Shown one piece after another: positions 55,750 through 64,000 of a stretch of 64,000 nucleotides of DNA; the stretch's first letter is position 1; each line of letters opens with the position of its first letter. The translations under genes were made by a program, and so were the position numbers. Below the pieces are notes generated by a model that was given only the letters and a program-made list of their open reading frames with translations, ran no database searches and was not told where the DNA came from. This stretch comes from Bacilli bacterium. GTDB taxonomy: Bacteria > Bacillota_I > Bacilli_A > RFN20 > CAG-826. The stretch lies in NCBI GenBank assembly GCA_045597865.1, contig JAZLKX010000025.1:274573-338572 (forward strand), in the 5' to 3' direction.

Positions 55750-58080
55750 TTATTTTACTTTCCAAAAGTTTTCAACCTGATTTTTTACATCTTCTTTAGA
55801 AGTAACAACTTCGTAGTCGCTGTAAATGTTCTTAAATAATTCGTGATAGGTATCTGTTAGATAACGATCATCAATAAGCAATGCTACACCTCTATCAGAT
55901 TCACTTCTTATGACACGCCCGACAGCCTGCATCACTTTGTTCATGCCAGGCGCTACATAGGCGTAGTCATAACCTTTATTTTCAACCTTGTTGAAATAAT
56001 CACGAATTAAATCTCTTTCATAGCAAAGCTGAGGAAGTCCAACGCCCACTACACAGACGCCGATAATACGCTCACCTACAAGGTCAATTCCCTCGCCAAA
56101 AGCTCCACCTACAACAGCTAAACCTATGGTTGTTTTCTCAGGTTTATCAACAAAACAAGTTAGGAATTGTTCCTTTTCAATTTCAGACATATCTCGTTCT
56201 TGAACGAGTAAATCGAATTCCTCATCTTCTAGATAAGGAACGAGATTTTCTAAATATTCATAACTTGGAACGTAAACAAAATAGTTTCCAAGTTTTCCGT
56301 GAACTAGTTCACGAATATATTCGCTGACTTCCTTTATGGTGTCAGCGCGATTTTTATATCTAATCGACACCTTAGGTGCCACCATTAATCTAAGATTATC
56401 CTTTTGAAATGGAGACGGAAGGAACAAAATCGGATCACTCTTTTCTCCACCAATCATATCTATGTAATAGTCAGATGGAGAAAGCGTTGCGGAAAAGATG
56501 ACTTTTCCTTTTACTTGTTCAAATGTTCTTTTTAAATGTTCTCTTGGGTCAATACAATAAAGATTGATTTTAATATCTTTGTCTCTTTTAGAGACATATA
56601 AAGAGAATGTTTCATCATAGAAGTCTAAAAGTTTTATAAACTTATTGAGATCAAAATAGAAATCAGTAAACTCATCTGTCACAACTGAGTGATGATTTTT
56701 GTTTACATCACTAGCGGCAAGCAAAAATGCTTGAATTGCGTTAAGTTGAGTTCTATTAAGCATATCGATTTTATGATCGCCATCTGGAAGGTCTTCAAAT
56801 TCACCGAATAACTTTGTTAATCTCTTCATTGCATTTTTAATCTTCTTGTGTTCAAAATGGCGAAGTGATTTTTTCACTTGTTTATACTTGAACGAATCAA
56901 ATGATGCGCTATACATGCTTCGTCCACGCTCAACTAAGTTGTGTGCTTCATCTACAAGCACGAGCATGTTTGATGCATCACTATCAAAATATCTCTTCAA
57001 ATAAACCATTGGATCGAAGAAATAATTGTAGTCACAAATAATCACATCAACATAAAGTGATAAATCTAGTGATAATTCGAATGGACAAATGGCATTAAAT
57101 TTAGCTATTTCCACTACGTCTTCTGTTGAGAATAATTTATAGCGAGAAATTGAATCTTTTATAACGTTTTTAATCTTTGAATAATAACCTTTTGCAAATG
57201 GACATTCGTCTGGGTTACAGGCTTTGCCTGGACAAAGACAAACCTTATCTTTTGCCATAATAGAAATTCCTGATGCTTCAAGACCTTTTTCTACCATTAA
57301 TTTTGTGGCATTATAAGCCATTTCTTTGCCTGAATTTTTAGCAGTCAAATAGAAGATTTTTTCATTGTCTCCTTTTGCAAAAGATTTAACAAACGGATAA
57401 AGAGTTGAAATTGTTTTTCCAATTCCGGTTGGAGCTTCAGCAAAAAGAATGCCTCCATTTTGCGCAACGCCATAAGCGTATTTCGCAAGTTTCTTCTGTC
57501 CGCTTCTGAAATTATCGTATGGAAAAGCGAGTGTTTCTGCAGATTTATTTCTAGCGAGTGTTCTTTTATAAATGATTTTGAAAAATTCAATGTATTCGGT
57601 AAGTAAATTGTTAATGCCTTTTTCTAGTTCGGAAGTTAAGTAAGAAAAGTTCTTGACCATCATTGATTTATCGAGCTGATTTATGTACGTTAATCTAACA
57701 CCAATGTGGTCTAGTTTTTTCTCTCTAGCGTACATTAATGCATAGCATTTAGCTTGTCCAAGGTGCCATTCGCATTGCTCATTATAAAAATTTTCAAGGT
57801 CTGAAATTGTTGATTTAATTTCATCAATAATTACGTCATCGTCATGAATAATAATTCCATCAGCCCTGCCCTCTAAAATAACTTCAAAATCATCAACTTT
57901 AAAACTATCTTTAAGCTGATATTCTGAAATATAGTTCTTTCCTTGGCGAGATTGATACATCGCATGAATGAGTGTTCCTTCATTCATTGTAGTCGCATTA
58001 TAAATACGATTGTCGATATCTCCGGTGCGAAGTAAAAAGTCGACAAGTTGGTGTACTGAAAGAGTCAAAACCTTCTTCAT
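55750..58080 (-). CDS. XPD/DinG-family Fe-S DNA helicase with an N-terminal PD-(D/E)XK (RecB/Cas4-like) nuclease domain
   Basis: N-terminus has GRADGIII...IIDEIKS...QAKCYALMY. Helicase has AEAPTGIGKT, Cys cluster CLCPGKACNPDECPF...AICPFE, VDEAHNL and C-terminal QAVGRVIR. ATG 58080 preferred because the track start at 58110 lies inside the fmt terminator hairpin. Confidence 0.8.
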   Translation of the reverse strand: MKKVLTLSVHQLVDFLLRTGDIDNRIYNATTMNEGTLIHAMYQSRQGKNYISEYQLKDSFKVDDFEVILEGRADGIIIHDDDVIIDEIKSTISDLENFYNEQCEWHLGQAKCYALMYAREKKLDHIGVRLTYINQLDKSMMVKNFSYLTSELEKGINNLLTEYIEFFKIIYKRTLARNKSAETLAFPYDNFRSGQKKLAKYAYGVAQNGGILFAEAPTGIGKTISTLYPFVKSFAKGDNEKIFYLTAKNSGKEMAYNATKLMVEKGLEASGISIMAKDKVCLCPGKACNPDECPFAKGYYSKIKNVIKDSISRYKLFSTEDVVEIAKFNAICPFELSLDLSLYVDVIICDYNYFFDPMVYLKRYFDSDASNMLVLVDEAHNLVERGRSMYSASFDSFKYKQVKKSLRHFEHKKIKNAMKRLTKLFGEFEDLPDGDHKIDMLNRTQLNAIQAFLLAASDVNKNHHSVVTDEFTDFYFDLNKFIKLLDFYDETFSLYVSKRDKDIKINLYCIDPREHLKRTFEQVKGKVIFSATLSPSDYYIDMIGGEKSDPILFLPSPFQKDNLRLMVAPKVSIRYKNRADTIKEVSEYIRELVHGKLGNYFVYVPSYEYLENLVPYLEDEEFDLLVQERDMSEIEKEQFLTCFVDKPEKTTIGLAVVGGAFGEGIDLVGERIIGVCVVGVGLPQLCYERDLIRDYFNKVENKGYDYAYVAPGMNKVMQAVGRVIRSESDRGVALLIDDRYLTDTYHELFKNIYSDYEVVTSKEDVKNQVENFWKVK

Positions 58081-58087
58081 AATTTTT

Positions 58088-58096
58088 ATTATATCA
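58088..58096 (-). promoter_or_regulatory. Extended -10 box TGATATAAT, 7 nt upstream of the helicase ATG
   Basis: Minus-strand TGaTATAAT-aaaaatt-ATG(58080) with no SD. Overlaps the U-tract of the fmt terminator. Confidence 0.5.
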
Positions 58097-58120
58097 AAAA
58101 AGACTATCATTTGATAGTCT
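58095..58120 (-). terminator. Rho-independent terminator after fmt
   Basis: AGACTATCA-AA-TGATAGTCT perfect 9-bp stem followed by UUUUUU on the minus strand. Confidence 0.75.
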
Positions 58121-59056
58121 TTATTTGAAAATTATTCCATTTAGATGTTTGGAACCGTTTGCGAAGCTTCTTCCATCCATCTTTTTCTTACCTGCTAATT
58201 GAACTTCTAAAAGCTCAACCACAGCATCTTTTAATTTAAGATAAACGCTCTTATTTATTAGTAATGAACCAACTGGCCCATCAACTTTTTGATCAACAAC
58301 TTTTGCTTTGAGAATTTTGAATTTTAATTCATTAAGCATTAAGTATCCGCCAGGCTCTTCTGACATGCCTCTAACATAATTAACAAATGTTTTTGCGTCG
58401 TAATCTAAGCTAAGTTTTTCAGTCTCTGGAAGAATCTTATCTGCAAATGTGACTTTGCTTTCATCTTGTTCTTCTCCAAGAAGCTTACCTTCTAGATAAA
58501 CTGGAAGGAACTTTTTGGTGACTTCAATAGCGCATTTTACAATCTTTTCACAAAGTGATGTGTAATTATCTTCTGGAGCAATTTCACATGAAACGACGCC
58601 ATACATTTTGCCTGCATCCATCTTATCAACCATTTCCATAAGCGTAACGCCTGTGCATGTTTCGCCATTCATGATTGCGCGTTGAATTGGTGCTGCGCCT
58701 CTGTATTTTGGAAGAATGGATCCATGAAGATTTAATGCGCCCATTTCTGGGATATCAAGTAAGCCTTGTGGAACAATTTGGCCATAGGCCATTGTGAGAA
58801 TTAAGTCTGGTTTTAATTCCTTCAAAAATTCATAATCTAATCTGATTTTATGAGGTTGATAAACCGGGATATTATGTTGCTTTGCAACAACTTTGGTTGG
58901 AACCTCAGTTAAAATAGCTTTTCTTCCAACAGGTCTATCCTCTTGTGCAATAACTGCGACAATGTTAAAACCTTCTTGAATTAATGCTTCAAGAACTTGG
59001 GCAGACATTTCTGGTGTACCCATATAAACAATTCTAGTCTCACTTATGCTTTTCAT
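58121..59056 (-). CDS. fmt: Methionyl-tRNA formyltransferase
   Basis: 311 aa with IVYMGTPE, NLHGSILPKYRGAAPIQ and the SLLP-type motif. Confidence 0.9.
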   Translation of the reverse strand: MKSISETRIVYMGTPEMSAQVLEALIQEGFNIVAVIAQEDRPVGRKAILTEVPTKVVAKQHNIPVYQPHKIRLDYEFLKELKPDLILTMAYGQIVPQGLLDIPEMGALNLHGSILPKYRGAAPIQRAIMNGETCTGVTLMEMVDKMDAGKMYGVVSCEIAPEDNYTSLCEKIVKCAIEVTKKFLPVYLEGKLLGEEQDESKVTFADKILPETEKLSLDYDAKTFVNYVRGMSEEPGGYLMLNELKFKILKAKVVDQKVDGPVGSLLINKSVYLKLKDAVVELLEVQLAGKKKMDGRSFANGSKHLNGIIFK

Positions 59057-59177
59057 GGCTACTATTATAAAAGTAACGTCAATGATTTACAATCATAATG
59101 ATATTTTGCAAAAAATGTTTGTTAATATCGAGTAAGTTTGATAAACTTATGAACGTAATTGAGAGGAAAAAGTTAAA

Positions 59178-59444
59178 ATGGCTCAAATTAAATCACAAAT
59201 TAAGAGAATCGGTACAAACGAAAAAGCAAGACAACGTAACGTTAGTTACAGATCAAGAATTGCAACTGAATCAAAGAAGGTTCGTGTTGCTGTTGAAAAC
59301 AAAGATGCAAAGGCAGCTGCTGAAGCATTAAAGGTTGCTTTAAAGTTAATCGATAAATCAGTTACAGCTGGTGTTTATACACGTAATACTGCTGCACGTA
59401 AAAAATCATCTCTTACTAAATTAGTCAACGGATTAGCAAAATAA
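59178..59444 (+). CDS. rpsT: 30S ribosomal protein S20
   Basis: 88 aa MAQIKSQIKRIGTNEKARQRN..., SD GAGAGGAAA. Confidence 0.9.
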   Translation: MAQIKSQIKRIGTNEKARQRNVSYRSRIATESKKVRVAVENKDAKAAAEALKVALKLIDKSVTAGVYTRNTAARKKSSLTKLVNGLAK

Positions 59445-59445
59445 T

Positions 59446-60396
59446 CTAGTTTGGAAAATTTATTAGAAATAATTCTAAACCATAAGAGCGGTCAATTTGA
59501 CCGCTTTTAATTTGCGCATCTAAATTATATAAATCATCCAATGCGTGGGCGATTTGTCTCCTAGATAAAAATCTAGAATTCTTTAAAGCCATGTAAACAC
59601 GGCCCTCACTAACATTTAATTCTTTAGCAATTTGTCCTTTATCAAGTCCGCGCACATCTAAGTAGCAAACTTGGGCAATAAATCTAAATTGGGTTGCAAG
59701 CATAGGAATTAAAGCATCTGTCGCTTTGGCGCCAAGTAATTTTAAATCTCTATAAATAGAAATGGCTAATGCATTATCTCCTTTAAACAAGGCATTAGAC
59801 ATTTGAAAAGCATCATCTTCTAGAGGTTTTGCAACCATAAGCAAAACATCAGAAAGTGTAATTTTGTCTTTATATAAACAAAGTTTATCAGCTTCATTAA
59901 CAAATCTTGTTAAGTCGCCATCAACTCTTGCGACTAATTCATTCACCGCATCTGAATCAATTTCAACTTCTCTATTTTTGAAATACTTTTTCGCATAAAC
60001 TGGCCATTGTTCTTTTGTAAGATCCAAAAATTCAAAAACACCATGAATTGAATCAATATATTTGGCGATTCCACCATTTTTATCTAATTTGTCTGAACGT
60101 AAAATGAAAATACAGTTAATTTCATCTGGATTGTTTTTTATGCAGTCTAGAAGCTTTTCTTTTTCTTCGTCTTTTCCTTCTTTTGTTAAAAAGGTTGCGT
60201 TATCAACAACAACAGCTTTTCTATCATAACCTAAAGGCATCATTGATGCTTCAGAAACAATTTCATCTATAGATGATTCTGCATAATCAATCTTTATTGT
60301 ATTAAAATCATCTGGTTCCTTAACGCACTCTTTTAAAACTTTCGCAAGGTGTTTGCGGATCATGTGATATTGAGAGCCATACAATATGTAATTCAT
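59446..60396 (-). CDS. holA: DNA polymerase III delta subunit
   Basis: 316 aa with delta-subunit pattern. The comEC-holA-rpsT neighbourhood matches Bacillus. Confidence 0.85.
   Translation of the reverse strand: MNYILYGSQYHMIRKHLAKVLKECVKEPDDFNTIKIDYAESSIDEIVSEASMMPLGYDRKAVVVDNATFLTKEGKDEEKEKLLDCIKNNPDEINCIFILRSDKLDKNGGIAKYIDSIHGVFEFLDLTKEQWPVYAKKYFKNREVEIDSDAVNELVARVDGDLTRFVNEADKLCLYKDKITLSDVLLMVAKPLEDDAFQMSNALFKGDNALAISIYRDLKLLGAKATDALIPMLATQFRFIAQVCYLDVRGLDKGQIAKELNVSEGRVYMALKNSRFLSRRQIAHALDDLYNLDAQIKSGQIDRSYGLELFLINFPN
59487..59510 (+). terminator. rpsT terminator embedded in the 3' coding region of convergent holA
   Basis: AGCGGTCA-ATT-TGACCGCT followed by TTTTAATTT. On the other strand it encodes KSGQIDRS of HolA. 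Confidence 0.6.
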
Positions 60397-60414
60397 AATG
60401 TCGATTATACAACA

Positions 60415-62421
60415 TTATGCGAATAATGAAAAATACGAAATTGTTCCTTCTTCATCTGTTCGCCTAATTTTAATATTATTTTGAGTTAAAATTTCTAAAA
60501 TCTCTTTGCTTGGATGACCATAAAAATTCTTTGCTCCAACTGAGATAATTGCCTCGCTTGGACTAACTGCTTTTATAAACTCTTCACAAGTCGATGTATT
60601 AGATCCATGATGGCCTATTTTTAAAACATCACAATCCAAATTTGAAAACTTTGAAATTATCTCTTTTTCTACTTTAGTAGAAGCGTCACCCATAAATAAC
60701 CAATTTTTATTCATAAAATTCATTGTCAAAACAAGCGATTTGTCATTATCATCTCCACCACTAAAAACATTCAAATTTTCTAGAGTAATATCTCCAATTT
60801 TGTATGGAAATTGTTGAGGTTTATTTATGTAATTGTAAACTTTAAAATTCTGCATTAATGAATCTTTTGCTCCGCTGTGGTCAAAATCATCATGTGTTGT
60901 TATTAATGCATCAATATGAGTTATTTTATTTTTATTTAAAAATGGAATTAAAGTTTCTGTTGCCATATCGAAACTTTTATAGCCACCAGTATCAATCATA
61001 ACAGTATGTGATCTATTTTTTATCAAAATGGAATCTCCTTGTCCAACATTAATAAATGAAACAGAATTCATAAACGGTTCTTGGAGTGGAGCTATTGAAA
61101 CAATTAAGACAAAAATAAGAATTAAAGAAAGGTGTTTGAAGGACTTAAATCTCCCCTTTTCTAAAAGAAATATTCCTAAAAAGAATACCAAATAAAAAAT
61201 AAATTCAAAGCATCCACCCCAATTACCAAATGGAATTTTGATATTTATCAAATCCATTTTTTCTAATACCCATGTTAGCCCACTTCCAACACTATTCACA
61301 AACCCATAAATTGGAAAAGCGATGGAGAACATTGAAATAATTAGAAAGAAAAGATTAATTGGAAATAGAATAAAATATATGATAGATGTAAGAAGGTTTA
61401 GATATCCGCTACTTACTTGAATAGGAACCATAAATAAACGGATCGTTGCAAAATATGCCACTTTTCTTTTCTTTTTATCAAATATTTTCAATGCATTATT
61501 AAATAATGGCGATAACAAGGATAATAAGAAACCAATATAAAATGCCTGTTGATAAACAAGGTGATAATCAATAATGATAAAGATCAGCGCTAGAAATGAA
61601 ACTAGCTCAATATGAGAACGCTTCTTTTTAAAATGAAATTCGTTCAGATATTTTAATAAGTACATTGCATAAACTCGCAAAGTACCAATCTTGGTAAAGG
61701 AGAAAAATGCAAATGGTAATAAAACAAGGAAAGGCAGTATTTGGGAACCTTTCTTAGATAACTTCAAAGAAAACAAATAAATGAGAATCGAAAACAAAAT
61801 GTGCAGGTAGATCCCACTCATCGACAGCAAATAAATCACTCCTATGCTATTAGCATAATTTATTGCTGAACTTGAGTAATCTTTTTCATTAAACAGAAAG
61901 GAACTAATTAAAGAGGCCGTATTTTCGTCAAAATGTGACAAGAAATTTCTTTGGAATTGTTGGATTCGGATAAATGAGTGAAACTTTCGGTCGATCTCGA
62001 AAGTTTTTAATTCTTTATCTACTCCTTTATTTGCAAGATATTCTTTAAAATCAAATCGGGATTCATAAGTCGTAATTTTTAAATCTTGGACTGAACCCTC
62101 GCAAACAAGGTAGTCTCCTATTTCAAAGTCATTATCTTCAGAGTAAACATAGTATCTTTCAAATCCAGCTTGATAAATCACATAATTTTCTCTAGCTTCA
62201 ATAACGAAACCAGAATATGGACCTTTTTGAGCTGGAAACGGAATCCGTGGAAAAAGAGCTCCGATAACAAATATAGCTGTAAATATAAAGAATTTCTTTT
62301 TACCAAAACGATATAAAATAAATCCCAAATAAGCTATGCTTATTATAATTGAAAGAACTATGTTACCTCGTAAAAAATATAGGCCGAGTACTAATGAGAA
62401 TGTTGTGAAAAGAAAACTCAT
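60415..62421 (-). CDS. comEC: DNA internalisation-related competence protein ComEC/Rec2
   Basis: 668 aa polytopic competence domain plus C-terminal MBL domain (THDDFDHSGA, GHHGS). Confidence 0.9.
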   Translation of the reverse strand: MSFLFTTFSLVLGLYFLRGNIVLSIIISIAYLGFILYRFGKKKFFIFTAIFVIGALFPRIPFPAQKGPYSGFVIEARENYVIYQAGFERYYVYSEDNDFEIGDYLVCEGSVQDLKITTYESRFDFKEYLANKGVDKELKTFEIDRKFHSFIRIQQFQRNFLSHFDENTASLISSFLFNEKDYSSSAINYANSIGVIYLLSMSGIYLHILFSILIYLFSLKLSKKGSQILPFLVLLPFAFFSFTKIGTLRVYAMYLLKYLNEFHFKKKRSHIELVSFLALIFIIIDYHLVYQQAFYIGFLLSLLSPLFNNALKIFDKKKRKVAYFATIRLFMVPIQVSSGYLNLLTSIIYFILFPINLFFLIISMFSIAFPIYGFVNSVGSGLTWVLEKMDLINIKIPFGNWGGCFEFIFYLVFFLGIFLLEKGRFKSFKHLSLILIFVLIVSIAPLQEPFMNSVSFINVGQGDSILIKNRSHTVMIDTGGYKSFDMATETLIPFLNKNKITHIDALITTHDDFDHSGAKDSLMQNFKVYNYINKPQQFPYKIGDITLENLNVFSGGDDNDKSLVLTMNFMNKNWLFMGDASTKVEKEIISKFSNLDCDVLKIGHHGSNTSTCEEFIKAVSPSEAIISVGAKNFYGHPSKEILEILTQNNIKIRRTDEEGTISYFSLFA

Positions 62422-62972
62422 TAATCTCTTAGACGGACATAATCTTTAATTTTTTCGAAAGTAGCATTACCGATGCCATTAACTTTTTTAAGATCCTCGA
62501 TACGGCCGAAAGTTCCGTTTGTAGAACGATAAGAAACTATTGCTTTAGCAATCGTTGAACCGATGCCCTTTATCAACTGTAGGCCTTCTTCGTCGTCCTT
62601 GTTGATATTGGTTTTAACAATTGGCTCCATCGAACAAACATCGCTATGGTCATATTTTGGAGCAATATAAAAACTTGCTGCATCTTCTAATAAATAAGAA
62701 GTGTTGTATGCAAGCTCATCTGCGTTAGTGGTTGTTCCGCTGGCAACGCTAATAAGATCTTCTAATGTTGTATTTTTCTCAAGTACATAAGTGCCTGGAC
62801 GTGTGACTTCCCCTGCAATGGTAACACTTATCGAGTCACTAGTACTGTTAGAATCTGAGACTAATTGAGTGTTTGCGTTTCCGCCTGCTGTTTCAACTGA
62901 CGGATCAATAAATTGGAAAACAACAATTAGTACAACACAAGTGATCAGTACTGCTGCAAAAATTTTAACCAT
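62421..62972 (-). CDS. comEA: Competence protein ComEA (DNA receptor)
   Basis: 183 aa with N-terminal TM, SLBB-like region (GEVTRPGTYVL) and C-terminal helix-hairpin-helix (IKGIGSTIAKAIV...VNGIGNATFEKI). Confidence 0.85.
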   Translation of the reverse strand: MVKIFAAVLITCVVLIVVFQFIDPSVETAGGNANTQLVSDSNSTSDSISVTIAGEVTRPGTYVLEKNTTLEDLISVASGTTTNADELAYNTSYLLEDAASFYIAPKYDHSDVCSMEPIVKTNINKDDEEGLQLIKGIGSTIAKAIVSYRSTNGTFGRIEDLKKVNGIGNATFEKIKDYVRLRD

Positions 62973-63034
62973 TCGTAATTTCCTCCTTCACTTTATATTT
63001 ACAGTGAATTTTGGAAATCCGATAAAATATTTTT

Positions 63035-63066
63035 AGACCTATAATTTATAAGTAAATTATAGGTCT
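63035..63066. terminator. Perfect 14-bp hairpin between valS and comEA (probable valS terminator)
   Basis: AGACCTATAATTTA-TAAG-TAAATTATAGGTCT. The clean T-run is on the plus side only, so strand assignment is uncertain. Confidence 0.55.
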
Positions 63067-63072
63067 GTTTTT

Positions 63073-64000
63073 TTATAGATTTTTCAATTTTTCCTCAAAC
63101 TGAGCTAATTTTTGTTTTTCTAATTCCACTTTTTCTTTCGGAGCTTTATTAACAAAGTTTGGATTATTTAGCATGCCTTTACATCTTGCAATTTCAGCTT
63201 CAAGGAATGCTTTGTCTTTTTCTTTCTTTAGTTTCAAGTCTTCCTCAGAAATTGAATCTTCTATGTATAATGTAAGCGCGCTATATACGAACTTCATGCC
63301 TTTGGAATTAGATTCTTTTGCAATTTCAATCTTGTCTGCAAAGGTGAATCTTCTTAAATAAGTATCAATTCCATCAAATGGTTTTTTATCTTTATAGACC
63401 ACCACTAAATTTAACTTATAGTTTGGAGCTAATTTATTGTTAACTTTGTAGTTACGAACATCAGTAATCATCTTGTAGAAATCTTCAACTTCTTCAAGAC
63501 CCTTTTCGTCGTAATTTTTAGCTACTGGATAGCTCTCTAACATGATTGATTTTAAGTGAGTTGGAAGAGCTAAATAAAGTTCCTCTCCAATGAATGGAGC
63601 GAATGGATAAATCATAATAATAATATTCTTAAGAATATTAACTAAAATAGATTTAACAACATTTTTGTAGTTTTCGTCGTTTCCGTTTAAGGCAACTTTA
63701 CTCATTTCTAAGTAGTTTGAACAGAAGTCATCGTAGACGAAATTATAAAGATAAGTTGAAGCCATTGAATACTCGTATTTATCCATATAATTTTCGACTG
63801 ATTTGATGGTCTTATTCATCTTCACTAAAATGTCTTTTTCAAGTGGCTTTAATTCATCAAATTTGATATCAGATTCTTTGAAATTTTCGCCAACAATATC
63901 CAAGACATAACGAGCAGAGTTCCAAATCTTATTTAAATAATTAGAACTTGCTTGAACTTTTTCTTCAATATAACGAATGTCTTGACCTGGTGCTGAACCG
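63073..64000 (-). CDS. valS: Valine--tRNA ligase, C-terminal part (5' end beyond window)
   Basis: Frame is open to the window edge. Anticodon-binding region and terminal coiled coil (LEAEIARCKGMLNNPNFVNKAPKEKVELEKQKL) are typical of ValRS. Confidence 0.9.
   Translation of the reverse strand, partial: GSAPGQDIRYIEEKVQASSNYLNKIWNSARYVLDIVGENFKESDIKFDELKPLEKDILVKMNKTIKSVENYMDKYEYSMASTYLYNFVYDDFCSNYLEMSKVALNGNDENYKNVVKSILVNILKNIIIMIYPFAPFIGEELYLALPTHLKSIMLESYPVAKNYDEKGLEEVEDFYKMITDVRNYKVNNKLAPNYKLNLVVVYKDKKPFDGIDTYLRRFTFADKIEIAKESNSKGMKFVYSALTLYIEDSISEEDLKLKKEKDKAFLEAEIARCKGMLNNPNFVNKAPKEKVELEKQKLAQFEEKLKNL

Noticed and set aside
63035-63066. The 14-bp perfect inverted repeat as a mobile-element end or recombination site
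   Set aside because: It is a single copy in the window, sits exactly at the valS 3' end and is flanked by T/A runs. It is best explained as a strong terminator hairpin.

Overview
AT-rich, very compact chromosomal core region (many 1-20 nt gene overlaps) from a low-GC Gram-positive-type bacterium, Bacillota or a wall-less Mycoplasmatota/Erysipelotrichia-like lineage. It uses the standard code: TGA serves as a stop and Trp is TGG. I call 62 protein genes, almost all housekeeping, in blocks strongly syntenic with Bacillus subtilis. Left block: relA-hisS-aspS, tkt, asp23-nusB-xseAB-dxs, dinB, xerD, deoB. Right block: yqeG-yqeH-nadD/yqeK, parEC, plsY, yneF, efp, rpmG, ispG, nfo, cshB, ispH, trmK-rpoD-dnaG, glyQS, recO-era-cdd-ybeY, rpsU, deoC, rpmF, mtaB-rsmE, hrcA-grpE-dnaK-dnaJ, hemW, lepA, fmt, rpsT, holA, comEC-comEA, valS. 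Two ribosomal protein genes shorter than the ORF-track cutoff (rpmG/L33, rpsU/S21) were found by hand. I saw no rRNA, tRNA, CRISPR, transposase, prophage or obvious defence island, so this is mostly an ordinary core region and I found no convincing new multi-gene system. Observations worth a second look: (1) a sharp gene-strand switch at about 17.6 kb with a good dif-like 28-mer in the convergent gap, probably the replication terminus; (2) an unexplained phased direct-repeat motif (TTAGTAG-N4-TTAGTAG-TTTT) in four copies, each just after a stop codon, one about 110 bp from dif; (3) extended -10 boxes 6-7 nt upstream of ATG with no Shine-Dalgarno, suggesting leaderless mRNAs for ispG, ispH, a DinG-like helicase and yqeG; (4) an orphan C39-peptidase/6-TM protein with no ABC ATPase in the rpsU-ybeY operon slot; (5) a Fic-fold protein with a degenerate active-site motif plus a small membrane protein inserted between lepA and hemW; (6) a PD-(D/E)XK nuclease fused to an XPD/DinG Fe-S helicase; (7) an EF-P with a non-canonical modification loop; (8) three CIRCE operators around a consensus hrcA promoter; (9) a CRP-type palindrome matching the recognition helix of the adjacent Crp-family regulator, next to an ABC importer lacking an ATPase gene.
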